Shown in pieces: positions 48,903 to 58,200 of a DNA stretch of 64,000 nt. The position numbers and the translations under genes were made by a program. This stretch comes from Candidatus Poribacteria bacterium (GTDB lineage: Bacteria; Poribacteria; WGA-4E; WGA-3G): positions 384,001 through 448,000 of the forward strand of contig CAXXLX010000001.1 of the NCBI GenBank assembly GCA_963665235.2. The letters are read 5' to 3'. The stretch's first letter is position 1. Each line of letters opens with the position of its first letter. The notes beneath the pieces were generated by a model that had not been told where the DNA came from, searched no databases, and saw nothing but the letters and a program-made list of their open reading frames with translations.

Positions 48903-50420
48903 TTAATTTAAACCTAATTTCTCAACGAGGGTTTGAGGGTTAGGGGATTGGTCAAGTGCTTCATTATACTGACGTGCGATTTCTGGGTTTGCCAGTCCAT
49001 TCATATTAATAGTGACGGGACTGCCATTGACTGTGAAGGTAATGCTGTCCCATTGGACGGTTTTTATAGAGTCCTCAAATTTATTGAGGGCTTTTCCACG
49101 AAAATAGGCGCGCGTGTCCGAGGGCGGGTTGGACATAGCCTCATGAATCTGTTCGTCTGTTACAACGCGCTGCATCGGCAGCCCATAGTACAACCCTTCC
49201 TCTTGGTGAATGTTATGATATTCTAAATCGAGGCTCTGTAGCCAGGGGTCATCCCATTGAACGCCTTCCTCTTCAGCGAAGGTTTCAAGCAACCACTTTT
49301 TAGCGACCCAATCGAGTCGGTCGATAAGGGTCATGGGGTCGTTTTCGAGGGCATCGAGCGTCTGTTCCCAGTTTGCCAGTATCCAGTCGGTATCACTATT
49401 TTGATGTGCAACATATTTTTGTGCAAGTGCAAGGTACTCGCGTTGATGGTCAATTGCGCTGATAATTTTGCCATCTTTTTTCTGCAATATCCATCGATAG
49501 GTTTGGTCGTGTGAAATAGTTTTAATGGTATCGATAGGGTTAGCGATTGCAAGTCCTTCAGGGATACGTCGTTGTTCAATTAAATCGATGACGAGTGCGG
49601 TTGTGCCGACCTTGAGTGCGGTTGCGTATTCAGACATATTTGCGTCTCCGACGATACCGTGAAGTCTGCGATATGTTTTTGGGTCCGCGTGCGGTTCGTC
49701 TCGGGTGTTGACGATAGGTCGTTTGTGCATTGTATCCACACTCGCTTCGACGTGAAAGAAATCGGAGCGTTGTGCAAGTTGAAAATGTCCGGGTGTTGCA
49801 AGTCCCGCTTCGGTTTCAATGCCGATTTTGCCGGCTCCGGCAAAAATTTGCCGAGTGACGAAAAAGGGCAAAATGCTGGCTTTGAGATAATCGAAGGGCA
49901 CCTCCCGTGCCATGAGATAGTTGTCGTGGCATCCGTAGCTGTGTCCGTAAAAATCGGTGTTGTTTTTGTATAGGATAACGCGTTTTCCGAGCTGTTCACT
50001 GCGAGTTTCAGCACATTTCTGTAGGATACGTTCTCCGGCCTTGTCGTGTGCAACGAGTTCGAAGATATTTTGACACTCCGGTGTTGCGTATTCTGGGTGT
50101 GCATGGTCATTGTAGAGTCTTGCGCCGTTGATAAGGATTCGGTCACTTTTGATTTCAAGAAAGGAGCGGCCAGATTCTTGTTCGGCCCGTTCGCGGTCTC
50201 GCTTTTCCTCCTTAACTTCATCAGGGTGATTATTGAGTTGTTTTGCGCGGAAGCCGCGTTCATCTCGAAACGGGTCTTCCCCCCGGTAATCCCAAATCGG
50301 CAAAAAAGGCTCGCGCCGATAACTCTTAATCAGCTCAATGGATTCCCTGACGGGGTCAATTTGTTCGGCATTTTCAAGGGTAATGCCGTATTCGGTTTCA
50401 ATCCCAAAAAGTCTGTGCAT
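48903..50420 (-). CDS. dop: Dop-family depupylase/deamidase
   Basis: GIETEYG, NGARLYNDHAHPEYATPEC, NTRDEPHAD and RRLHGIVGDAN motifs. Confidence 0.9.
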   Translation of the reverse strand: MHRLFGIETEYGITLENAEQIDPVRESIELIKSYRREPFLPIWDYRGEDPFRDERGFRAKQLNNHPDEVKEEKRDRERAEQESGRSFLEIKSDRILINGARLYNDHAHPEYATPECQNIFELVAHDKAGERILQKCAETRSEQLGKRVILYKNNTDFYGHSYGCHDNYLMAREVPFDYLKASILPFFVTRQIFAGAGKIGIETEAGLATPGHFQLAQRSDFFHVEASVDTMHKRPIVNTRDEPHADPKTYRRLHGIVGDANMSEYATALKVGTTALVIDLIEQRRIPEGLAIANPIDTIKTISHDQTYRWILQKKDGKIISAIDHQREYLALAQKYVAHQNSDTDWILANWEQTLDALENDPMTLIDRLDWVAKKWLLETFAEEEGVQWDDPWLQSLDLEYHNIHQEEGLYYGLPMQRVVTDEQIHEAMSNPPSDTRAYFRGKALNKFEDSIKTVQWDSITFTVNGSPVTINMNGLANPEIARQYNEALDQSPNPQTLVEKLGLN

Positions 50421-50485
50421 ACTTCGCGCTTTCCCTTAGTAGTCAGCACTTTCCGTGTGATGGTGCTGCGATGAAGGGGAATAGT

Positions 50486-52204
50486 CTAATAAATCACGGA
50501 ACTCGCTGTGTTTCGCTCTTCCTGTTTCTCAGGTTGAATAGGTGTGACCTTGACAACATTCATCGGGTCATAATCGAGCAGTTTGAGCCAATCTTCGCTA
50601 GCGTCACTCGGTGGGAAAATGTCGTTTTCGCTATATTCTGCCTGGAACGCTGCGAGGAGGTCCGCGATAGAGATACCTATTTCGGTGTCGGGGTCAGCAA
50701 TTGCTCGTTTCATTGCGGATTCCTTTGCTCGCTGGACAATAGATTCAATAATTGCCCCGCTACAGAGATGGCCACGATAGAGAATGTCGCGTCTACCGCT
50801 CCGGAGGACAACTTCAAGGAAGCGGTTTTCTGCTGTTTCCTGAAACATCTCATCGACGACTCGCGTAATAAGTTGCTCAATTTTTTCTTCGGCAGTTATA
50901 TCGTCCGAATCTTTCTCAATGGGAAGGTCCGGGGTTAAGTAGATGCTGAAAATATCCTTGGCCGCTGTTTTATTCGGTCGGGTGACTTTGATTTTTCTAT
51001 CAATTCGCCCTGGGCGGAGGATTGCTGGGTCGATGAGGTCCGGTCTATTGGTTGCAAGAATAATAACAACATCTTGTAGCGGTTCAATGCCATCCATTTC
51101 GGCACAGAACATTGGGACGAGTGTGTTAGAGATGTTGTGTGCCCGCATAGCCCTGCGGGTGCCCAAAATGGACTCCGCTTCATCAATAAAGACGAAGGCG
51201 AGTTTACCCTCAGCCCGTTTTTCACGTGCTGTTTTAAAGATTTCGCGTACCTTCCGTTCAGATTCACCGAGCCACATGTTCAGAATTTCGGGGCCCTTAA
51301 TATGGAGGAAGGTTGCCTCAACGTCCGCGCCAGTTTCCGTTTTGAGACGTTCGGTTAGATTGTAAGCCGTCGCTTTCCCGATGAGTGTTTTTCCACAGCC
51401 CGGAGGTCCGTGGAGTAGAAATCCCTTCGGCACACTATACTGAAATCGTTTAAACAGTTCCGGGTGTAGAATTGGCTGTTCAATCGTATCCTTAATCCGC
51501 TGGATAGTCTCCTCAAGTCCACCAACTTTCGTCCATGGAATCTGTGGTACGGCCTCCAAGGCGTAATTGTTCTGTTCAGTTGAGGCTATCCGTTCAATAG
51601 CGACCTTTAAGCTTGCATCAAGCCGAACTTCGTCTCCCGTTTTGAGTTTAACATTGGCGAGGTCGGTTCCGCGTTCTATGATAACAGATTGGAGGCTCGG
51701 TTCCGAGCCGACGCGCAGTCTACCATCCGGTAGCACTTCAGCGATTTTCGCAATCGGGCCCGATTCGCCGTAACCAATTTGACCTACGATGACAAACGCC
51801 TCGTTCAGCAGGACACTGACCCCTTTTTTGAGAGGGTCGGTCTCCAGCTGTGGGTCGATGTTTGCATAGTATTCGGCACCGCCCATAGTGACACGCGCGG
51901 TGTCGTCTTCGGGTACTGTGAGCAGTGTCCCGATACGGTTCGCTGGCGCGGTGAGCTTTTCAATATGCTCCTCCATTTCAGCGTGGATGCGAACGGCTTC
52001 CTGTTGAATTGCTTGAACCCTTTGTTGGAATTCGCCTTCATCGCTGATGATAGAGCGGCGTAGTTCCATGAGCCACTGCCTGCGCCAATCTTCTACAGGT
52101 GTCTCTTCAATAATTTGATGTATCAGTTGTAAGGAATAGCCGGAGCTAGCTTCGTTTTCTTCAAGCTCTATGTCCTCTTTCCTACGTTCCTTCTTATCGT
52201 ACAT
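50486..52204 (-). CDS. arc: Proteasome AAA+ ATPase (ARC/Mpa)
   Basis: Coiled coil plus OB domains, GPPGCGKT, GPEILNMWLGESE and DPAILRPGR; ATG 52204 has a GAGGAG ribosome-binding site (alternative start TTG 52225). Confidence 0.92.
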   Translation of the reverse strand: MYDKKERRKEDIELEENEASSGYSLQLIHQIIEETPVEDWRRQWLMELRRSIISDEGEFQQRVQAIQQEAVRIHAEMEEHIEKLTAPANRIGTLLTVPEDDTARVTMGGAEYYANIDPQLETDPLKKGVSVLLNEAFVIVGQIGYGESGPIAKIAEVLPDGRLRVGSEPSLQSVIIERGTDLANVKLKTGDEVRLDASLKVAIERIASTEQNNYALEAVPQIPWTKVGGLEETIQRIKDTIEQPILHPELFKRFQYSVPKGFLLHGPPGCGKTLIGKATAYNLTERLKTETGADVEATFLHIKGPEILNMWLGESERKVREIFKTAREKRAEGKLAFVFIDEAESILGTRRAMRAHNISNTLVPMFCAEMDGIEPLQDVVIILATNRPDLIDPAILRPGRIDRKIKVTRPNKTAAKDIFSIYLTPDLPIEKDSDDITAEEKIEQLITRVVDEMFQETAENRFLEVVLRSGRRDILYRGHLCSGAIIESIVQRAKESAMKRAIADPDTEIGISIADLLAAFQAEYSENDIFPPSDASEDWLKLLDYDPMNVVKVTPIQPEKQEERNTASSVIY

Positions 52205-52328
52205 TGTGAACGTCTCCTCAGGCAAAAGGGGATGACTTTACGATAGAGTTTACCACATTTGCAACAATTTTGCGAATCTTTACGACGTACGTTTTGCAAA
52301 AAAACGTCTTAAATATGGCATTTGTTAC

Positions 52329-52478
52329 CATTTTAACATATTTTAAAAATAGATGCAAGCAAAAAAATGCATATTGCCAAAAATTAGCCGGACCTGCCGC
52401 CTTAAATACGCTAAACTCGGGTGACTGTAGCAATTTATATCAGTTTAACATATTTTAAAAATAGATGCAAGCAAAAAA
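52329..52478 (-). promoter_or_regulatory. Duplicated sigma70-like promoter upstream of the proteasome operon
   Basis: 35-bp direct repeat at 52332-52366 and 52444-52478. On the minus strand the copies read TTGCAT-17-TAAAAT and TTGCAT-17-TAAACT. Confidence 0.6.
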
Positions 52479-52616
52479 TGAGGGTCAAATCAAAAAAGCT
52501 TGTTTTTTTGTGTTAAATAAGGTATACTAATTGTGTAAGATAATTTTCTGATTGCCCACGCCCGGTATGCGTATCACACGAATTAATTTTGAATCCTACT
52601 ACTACAAAATAGACTT

Positions 52617-55600
52617 ATGAACACTCTTCACGATTTAAACGAAAAACAGAAAGAAGCCGTAACACATGAAACTGGTCCACTGCTCGTCATTGCGGGGCCC
52701 GGCACGGGGAAAACAAAGGTCATCACACAGCGCATTGCGTACCTCATTCGGCATCACGGTGTCAAGCCGGAACGAATCCTTGCGATTACTTTTACCAACA
52801 AGGCAGCGCAGGAGATGCAGGAACGGGTTAGCGCCGAACTCGGCGCGCCGCACGGTGGTAACGTTAAGGTCGGCACCTTCCATGCGTTTTGCGTCGGGGT
52901 TCTCCGGAATCACGCTGAAGAAATTGGGTTGAGCCCAAACTTTACTATTTTCGAGCAGGGAATTCAGGACGAAATCTTAATAGAGGCGACCCGCGAACTG
53001 AATCTCAACCGTTACGACTACCCCGCATGGCTGCTACGGAATATTATCGGGGACGCGAAGTGTAAACTCCACAATATACCGGATGCTTTGGAGATTTCTC
53101 CTGACATTATCGCCAAGATAGATGACCCGATGGCAAGTGAGAATATTGAAAAATCGCTGAAACTTTATCAGCATAAACTATCGGAATATAAGGCCTTGGA
53201 TTTTGGCGACCTGCTCGTAAAAACGGTCGAGCTGCTTGAACAGGTGCCGAAGGTGAAGGCGGAGTATCATAAAAATATTTCACATATCCTCGTTGACGAG
53301 TACCACGATGTGAATAGAGCACAGTACCGCCTGCTACAACTGTTGTGTGCGCCCCCAGAACGGAATCTTACGGTCGTCGCTGATGAAGACCAATCGATTT
53401 ACAGCTGGCGCGGCTCTAATCCACAGTATATTGAGGATTTTAAAGCCGATTTCACCCCGGAAACGGTTGAATTAGACGAGCACTACCGGTGTAGCGAGAA
53501 AATCTTGCGCGCTGCGGAGGAGGTTATCAGCAATAATCCAGAGCGACAGAAACAGCACACGCTTAAAACCCATAAAGATGCAGGACGCGACATCTTTCAT
53601 TACACCTTTGAAACACCCGTAGAGGAAGCCCAGCGTCTTATAGATATTATCCAAAAATTAGTAAAGGAACGCGGGAACTCTTATCGTGATATTGCGATTT
53701 TTTACCGGAAACACAATATTGCAGACGTGTTAGCGGAAAGGTTGCTAAAAAGAGGCATTAAATTCCAGCGGATTCACCCGACCAATTCCTTCGATGAGGA
53801 AAACAGCAGAGGCATCCTCTCTTATCTCCATTTTATCCAGTGGCAACTCCCCCGAGACCTTGAACACGTTATCAATTACCCCGAAAAACGGATTGACGAC
53901 CTGACCTGGGTTCGGCTCAAATGGTTGGCACAACGCAAAGGACTAGAATTAGTAGACCTTTTGAAAGATATTGAGGCGTACCCGCAAGACGTTGGGCCTT
54001 TAACTCAGCGGAATGTTCGTGAATTTTGGCAGCAGTTTGAAAAATTATCGGCTGAAATTAAGGGAGAAGAGATTATTAAAATCATCCCAAAACTCTTCGA
54101 TTATTTGGAATTGTCGCGTTCCCCTTACCGTGCTAAAGAGGTGGAAGAAATTGAAAAACAACCGGAGATGCCGAATCTGGGAGTCACGCAGGATATCCTC
54201 TACAGTGCAATTGACTTAAATCAACAGATTCAGATGACCGTGAATCCCGGCATTGACGAGTATTGTGCTGCACAGATTATCCAGCAAACGTTTAAGACGT
54301 ATCTCGGCAAAAATGTGCCAATCCACTTTTTGGAGTCAGAGTCGGGTGGCAAACCGATGCGGGATGCAGACGGTGTGCATCTGCTGATAGGTGATTTCAA
54401 CGAACTTGGTGAGAAGGGTGAAAGGGCGCGGACAATTCTTATCGGCACGGCGGTTACCGAAGATACAGAGATAACCCAGTTTGGCGCGGAGGGGGTGCGA
54501 AGCATCGCTGTGCTTAAACTGTGTCAACGTCTGGTGAGCCGTTTTGAGAGCCCGAATATGGCAGACATGGTCATCTATGACTTGGAAACGACCGGTGTCA
54601 AACCGAAAACTGCAAATATCGTTGAGATTGCTGCGCGCCGGCTCAGTGCTATCGGCGATGAAGTTGAACGTTATTACCAACTTGTGAAACCGCCAGGCGG
54701 ACATATACCTAAGGAGAGCACACGCATACACGGCATAGACGAAGAGACTGTCAAAAATGCTCCGAGCATCGAGATGGCCCTCCCAGAATTTTGTGGATTT
54801 ATCCAGGACCGCATCCTGATTGGGCACAATGTAGCGCGATTTGATAATCCTATCCTTGAGCGCGACCTACAGCACTATCTGAAGCGCGGTTTGCCAAATC
54901 CACATTACGATACGCTTGTCACGGCACGGCGGCTTTTTCCACGTCAACGGTGTAATCTGGGGGCACTCGCTGAAAAGTTTGGCATTGAACACGGCCGCTT
55001 ACATGGTGCCTTGGAGGACGTTGAGGTCAACCGGAAAATCTTTAAAGAGCTCATCAAAATTGATTTACAAAAACGTGAGGTGAAATCTCTGACAGAATTT
55101 CTGCCGCTTGTCGGTGCGGGTATTCTTGCGAAAATGGATGCGCTACCTGAGGGAAAAAACTTAAGGGAAGTCAGGGCATTTTTAAATGCTGCGAAACGGT
55201 TTGTTCGAACGCATCAGCCGGCTTTACCGGACAATACACTAACTGGACTGAACGAGCAGGTTGAAACGTTGATTGAGCAGTTAGCGCAACTCGATATTCT
55301 TCCCTCTCCGGAGGATACCGAATGGCTGGAACGTAGGTCGAAATTCCTGAACACTCTCGTCCAATTTGAAAAAATCGGGGATGGGCATCAGTTGACTAAC
55401 TTCCTGGATTATCAGAAATTGCTCACCAATTTTGACGAAATTGACGATAAGAGCGAACAACTGACACTGATGACGTTGCATGCCGCAAAAGGCACAGAAT
55501 TTCCGATTGTGATTATCCTCGGCATGGAGGAGGGGAGTTTTCCGATGTGGCAGCAGGATATGACACAAGAGTATATTGAGGAGGAACGGCGACTTTTCTA

Positions 55601-55745
55601 TGTGGGCATGACACGCGCGCAGGAGCAGCTTTATCTCTCTTCCACTGTCTACCGGACCGGGGATTATGAGCGTTCTACCTCTATGTTCGTCCGTGAGGTG
55701 CCATCTAACTACGTCGTCAAATGGAGTCCGCGGCGTGGTCTGTAG
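52617..55745 (+). CDS. UvrD/PcrA-family helicase with an inserted RecJ-like scaffold and DEDDh 3'-5' exonuclease
   Basis: Helicase motifs AGPGTGKT, DEYHD, DQSIYSWRG, TLHAAKGTEF and EERRLFYVGMTRA; internal YDLETTG..GHNVARFD..HGALED. Confidence 0.88.
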   Translation: MNTLHDLNEKQKEAVTHETGPLLVIAGPGTGKTKVITQRIAYLIRHHGVKPERILAITFTNKAAQEMQERVSAELGAPHGGNVKVGTFHAFCVGVLRNHAEEIGLSPNFTIFEQGIQDEILIEATRELNLNRYDYPAWLLRNIIGDAKCKLHNIPDALEISPDIIAKIDDPMASENIEKSLKLYQHKLSEYKALDFGDLLVKTVELLEQVPKVKAEYHKNISHILVDEYHDVNRAQYRLLQLLCAPPERNLTVVADEDQSIYSWRGSNPQYIEDFKADFTPETVELDEHYRCSEKILRAAEEVISNNPERQKQHTLKTHKDAGRDIFHYTFETPVEEAQRLIDIIQKLVKERGNSYRDIAIFYRKHNIADVLAERLLKRGIKFQRIHPTNSFDEENSRGILSYLHFIQWQLPRDLEHVINYPEKRIDDLTWVRLKWLAQRKGLELVDLLKDIEAYPQDVGPLTQRNVREFWQQFEKLSAEIKGEEIIKIIPKLFDYLELSRSPYRAKEVEEIEKQPEMPNLGVTQDILYSAIDLNQQIQMTVNPGIDEYCAAQIIQQTFKTYLGKNVPIHFLESESGGKPMRDADGVHLLIGDFNELGEKGERARTILIGTAVTEDTEITQFGAEGVRSIAVLKLCQRLVSRFESPNMADMVIYDLETTGVKPKTANIVEIAARRLSAIGDEVERYYQLVKPPGGHIPKESTRIHGIDEETVKNAPSIEMALPEFCGFIQDRILIGHNVARFDNPILERDLQHYLKRGLPNPHYDTLVTARRLFPRQRCNLGALAEKFGIEHGRLHGALEDVEVNRKIFKELIKIDLQKREVKSLTEFLPLVGAGILAKMDALPEGKNLREVRAFLNAAKRFVRTHQPALPDNTLTGLNEQVETLIEQLAQLDILPSPEDTEWLERRSKFLNTLVQFEKIGDGHQLTNFLDYQKLLTNFDEIDDKSEQLTLMTLHAAKGTEFPIVIILGMEEGSFPMWQQDMTQEYIEEERRLFYVGMTRAQEQLYLSSTVYRTGDYERSTSMFVREVPSNYVVKWSPRRGL

Positions 55746-55762
55746 AGCGTATCTCATAAATT

Positions 55763-55893
55763 GGTTCATAGAAACCTATGGAAACCTTTAGCAAGAGAAA
55801 GAAATAAAAGGAGAAACCTCTGACGCGCTTCAGAGTTCTTCTTAGAATCACAACATCTTGCCAATTGCTAATTGCCAGTGAGCCAATCGCTAA
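55763..55893. repeat. ~130-bp dispersed repeat (inverted relative to 12969-13096)
   Basis: Shared 26-bp and 21-bp blocks, a central CTCTGACGCGCTTCAGAG hairpin and a GCCAATT-type heptamer end. Confidence 0.75.
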
Positions 55894-55894
55894 A

Positions 55895-56959
55895 ATGAAA
55901 TTAACATCGATTTCAACACTTATTGAAAGTAGTATCACAGAAAAAATATTTCCTGGGGCAGTTGTCGCAATTCTTGAAAATGATAACGTTACCTACTTTT
56001 CAGCGTTCGGATATCGCAGTATAAAACCCAAACGTGCAAAGATGTGTCACGATACGTTGTTCGATGTCGCCTCCTTGACAAAACCGATTGTCATCGGCAC
56101 CCTCGCGATGCAACTCGTTGAAAAGAATACGTTATCACTAGATACACCTGTCCAGACGTATCTTCCCACGTTCGCACATGCTCACATTACGTGTCAGCAC
56201 CTGCTAACGCACACCTCTGGCCTCCCTGCTTGGAAACCGGTCTATCTATTAGCCAATTCCCCTGCGGATGCGGTGCAGGTTATCGGTGAGATGCCCCTGG
56301 AGTCGCCTCCCGGTGAGAAGGTGACCTATAGTTGTTTAGGATATATCCTCATGGGTATCTTAATTGCGAAGCAGACAGGCGAGCCGTTAGACAGTTTGGC
56401 AAATCGCTGTATCTTTGAACCGCTTGCTATGACCCGGACCTGCTACAATCCGCCTCCCGACTTGCAGCTATATTGCGCGGCAACCGAAGATTCAAATAGT
56501 TTCGAACGCCGGATGGTCAGCTCAGATGGGGATGACAGGAGATACGCACATCATAACTGGCGCGATGGGGTCATTATTGGGGAGGTTCACGATGAAAATG
56601 CCCACTTCCTTGGCGGCGTATCCGGAAATGCGGGGCTCTTTTCCACTGCTGCGGACCTTCTCCTTTTTTGTAAAACAGTGCTACAGGGGGGTGGCACGCT
56701 TTTGCATGCGGACAGTGTCAAGACGTTAGCTACACCACTGACACCAGCAACAGAGACAGAACGTCGTAGTATCGGCTGGCACATACTCAGTGATGGGTCG
56801 CTCTATCATACAGGTTTTACCGGCACCTCTGTCCGTTTGAACCTACAAAGGCGACTCGCTGCGATTCTCTTGACGAATCGGGTGCACCCGGACGCGCAGC
56901 GCCCGGGCATCATTGCATGTCGGAATCAATTCCATAAAATCATTTTCGGAAAATCGTAG
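55895..56959 (+). CDS. Serine hydrolase, beta-lactamase fold (AmiE/NamA-like)
   Basis: SLTK, HTSGL, YSC, VHDENA and HTGFTG motifs. Confidence 0.85.
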   Translation: MKLTSISTLIESSITEKIFPGAVVAILENDNVTYFSAFGYRSIKPKRAKMCHDTLFDVASLTKPIVIGTLAMQLVEKNTLSLDTPVQTYLPTFAHAHITCQHLLTHTSGLPAWKPVYLLANSPADAVQVIGEMPLESPPGEKVTYSCLGYILMGILIAKQTGEPLDSLANRCIFEPLAMTRTCYNPPPDLQLYCAATEDSNSFERRMVSSDGDDRRYAHHNWRDGVIIGEVHDENAHFLGGVSGNAGLFSTAADLLLFCKTVLQGGGTLLHADSVKTLATPLTPATETERRSIGWHILSDGSLYHTGFTGTSVRLNLQRRLAAILLTNRVHPDAQRPGIIACRNQFHKIIFGKS

Positions 56960-56978
56960 GGGCGAGGTCACCTCGCCC
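56956..56978 (+). repeat. GTAG-REP element (family also at 58160-58181, 60498-60520 and, inverted and variant, 39384-39409)
   Basis: GTAGGGGCGAGG-TCA-CCTCGCCC hairpin. Confidence 0.8.
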
Positions 56979-56994
56979 TCATAAGGAAGCAAAT

Positions 56995-58185
56995 GTGATA
57001 ACGCTCGGCATAACACACCTCTTGACTGAAAAGCGGTCGTGGCTATCAGGAAAATCGGTAGGATTGCTAACCAATCACACCGGTCTTGATGAAAACCTAA
57101 CGCCCAATATTACGCTGCTCCGCGAACATGTTAATCTATCCGCGCTCTTTTCGCCAGAGCATGGGTTGTGGGGGGCAGCACAGGACGGTATCAAGATAGC
57201 GGATACAGTCCATCACGAGCCTGTAAATGAAACTCAACATAGGACGAAGGTTTACAGTTTATATGGCGAAACACCGCTATCATGGGCAGAAGTGTACCAG
57301 AATTTAGATGTGCTCATTTACGATATGCAGGATGTTGGGGCGCGGTATTATACCTATTTAGGCACGCTCCTACAAGCGATGCAAACGTTTGAATCTCTGA
57401 TAGACACCGGAAAACGTGTTGAATGTATTGTCGCTGACCGTCCGAATCCTATCGGCGGGGTGCAAGTAGAAGGGCCGATGTTAGACCCTGCACACACCTC
57501 ATTAGTGGGCCCCTATCCGCTTCCCGTGCGTTACGGGTTGACGATAGGTGAAGTTGCAAGGCTTTTCCATGCAGAACAGGGATTTCGTTTTCCGCTCAAG
57601 GTCGCGCCGATGCAGGGCTGGCACCGAGAAATGGTGTATGCCGATACCGGGTTGCTGTGGGTACCGCCTTCACCGAACATGCCGACACTTGACACCGCAA
57701 CCCTCTACCCCGGCACCTGCCTGTTTGAGGGAACAAATGTAAGCGAAGGAAGAGGCACAACAAAACCGTTTGAACATATTGGGGCACCGTGGATAGATGC
57801 GGAGACATGGGCATCCCGTTTGAATGCGTTGCAGCTGCCAGGGCTCCTTTTCCGACCGCTCCAATTTATTCCGCAGTTTTCCAAATATGCTGGAGAGACA
57901 TGCTGTGGGATTGCTATTCATATCACTGCGCGGAAGGAGATAGCCCCGGTCGAAGTAACAGTCCGGATGCTAGCACTGCTGATAGAGGAACACCCCGCTG
58001 AGTTTGCATTTCGCGAGGAACACTTCGATAGACTATCAGGCAGTCCTGCTCTCCGCAAAGCCTTGGTAGCGCGAACGGACTGTTCCGATATTATTGCTGG
58101 ATGGTCAGCGGACGTGGAACAGTTTCGCGTCCAACGTGCGTCTCCGCATCTATTATATCGTAGGGGCGAGGTCACCTCGCCATAG
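56995..58185 (+). CDS. namZ: Exo-beta-N-acetylmuramidase (DUF1343)
   Basis: FSPEHG, DMQDVGARYYTY, DRPNP, PPSPN and SEGRGT motifs. Confidence 0.9.
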   Translation: MITLGITHLLTEKRSWLSGKSVGLLTNHTGLDENLTPNITLLREHVNLSALFSPEHGLWGAAQDGIKIADTVHHEPVNETQHRTKVYSLYGETPLSWAEVYQNLDVLIYDMQDVGARYYTYLGTLLQAMQTFESLIDTGKRVECIVADRPNPIGGVQVEGPMLDPAHTSLVGPYPLPVRYGLTIGEVARLFHAEQGFRFPLKVAPMQGWHREMVYADTGLLWVPPSPNMPTLDTATLYPGTCLFEGTNVSEGRGTTKPFEHIGAPWIDAETWASRLNALQLPGLLFRPLQFIPQFSKYAGETCCGIAIHITARKEIAPVEVTVRMLALLIEEHPAEFAFREEHFDRLSGSPALRKALVARTDCSDIIAGWSADVEQFRVQRASPHLLYRRGEVTSP

Positions 58186-58200
58186 AAAAGCGGAGACCCC

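Noticed and set aside
52218-52458. Small ORFs upstream of arc
   Set aside because: AT-rich promoter region with a duplicated promoter-like repeat; no ribosome-binding site or protein-like features
55895-56959. Antibiotic-resistance beta-lactamase
   Set aside because: Context with namZ and anmK and the VHDENA motif point to a peptidoglycan-recycling hydrolase
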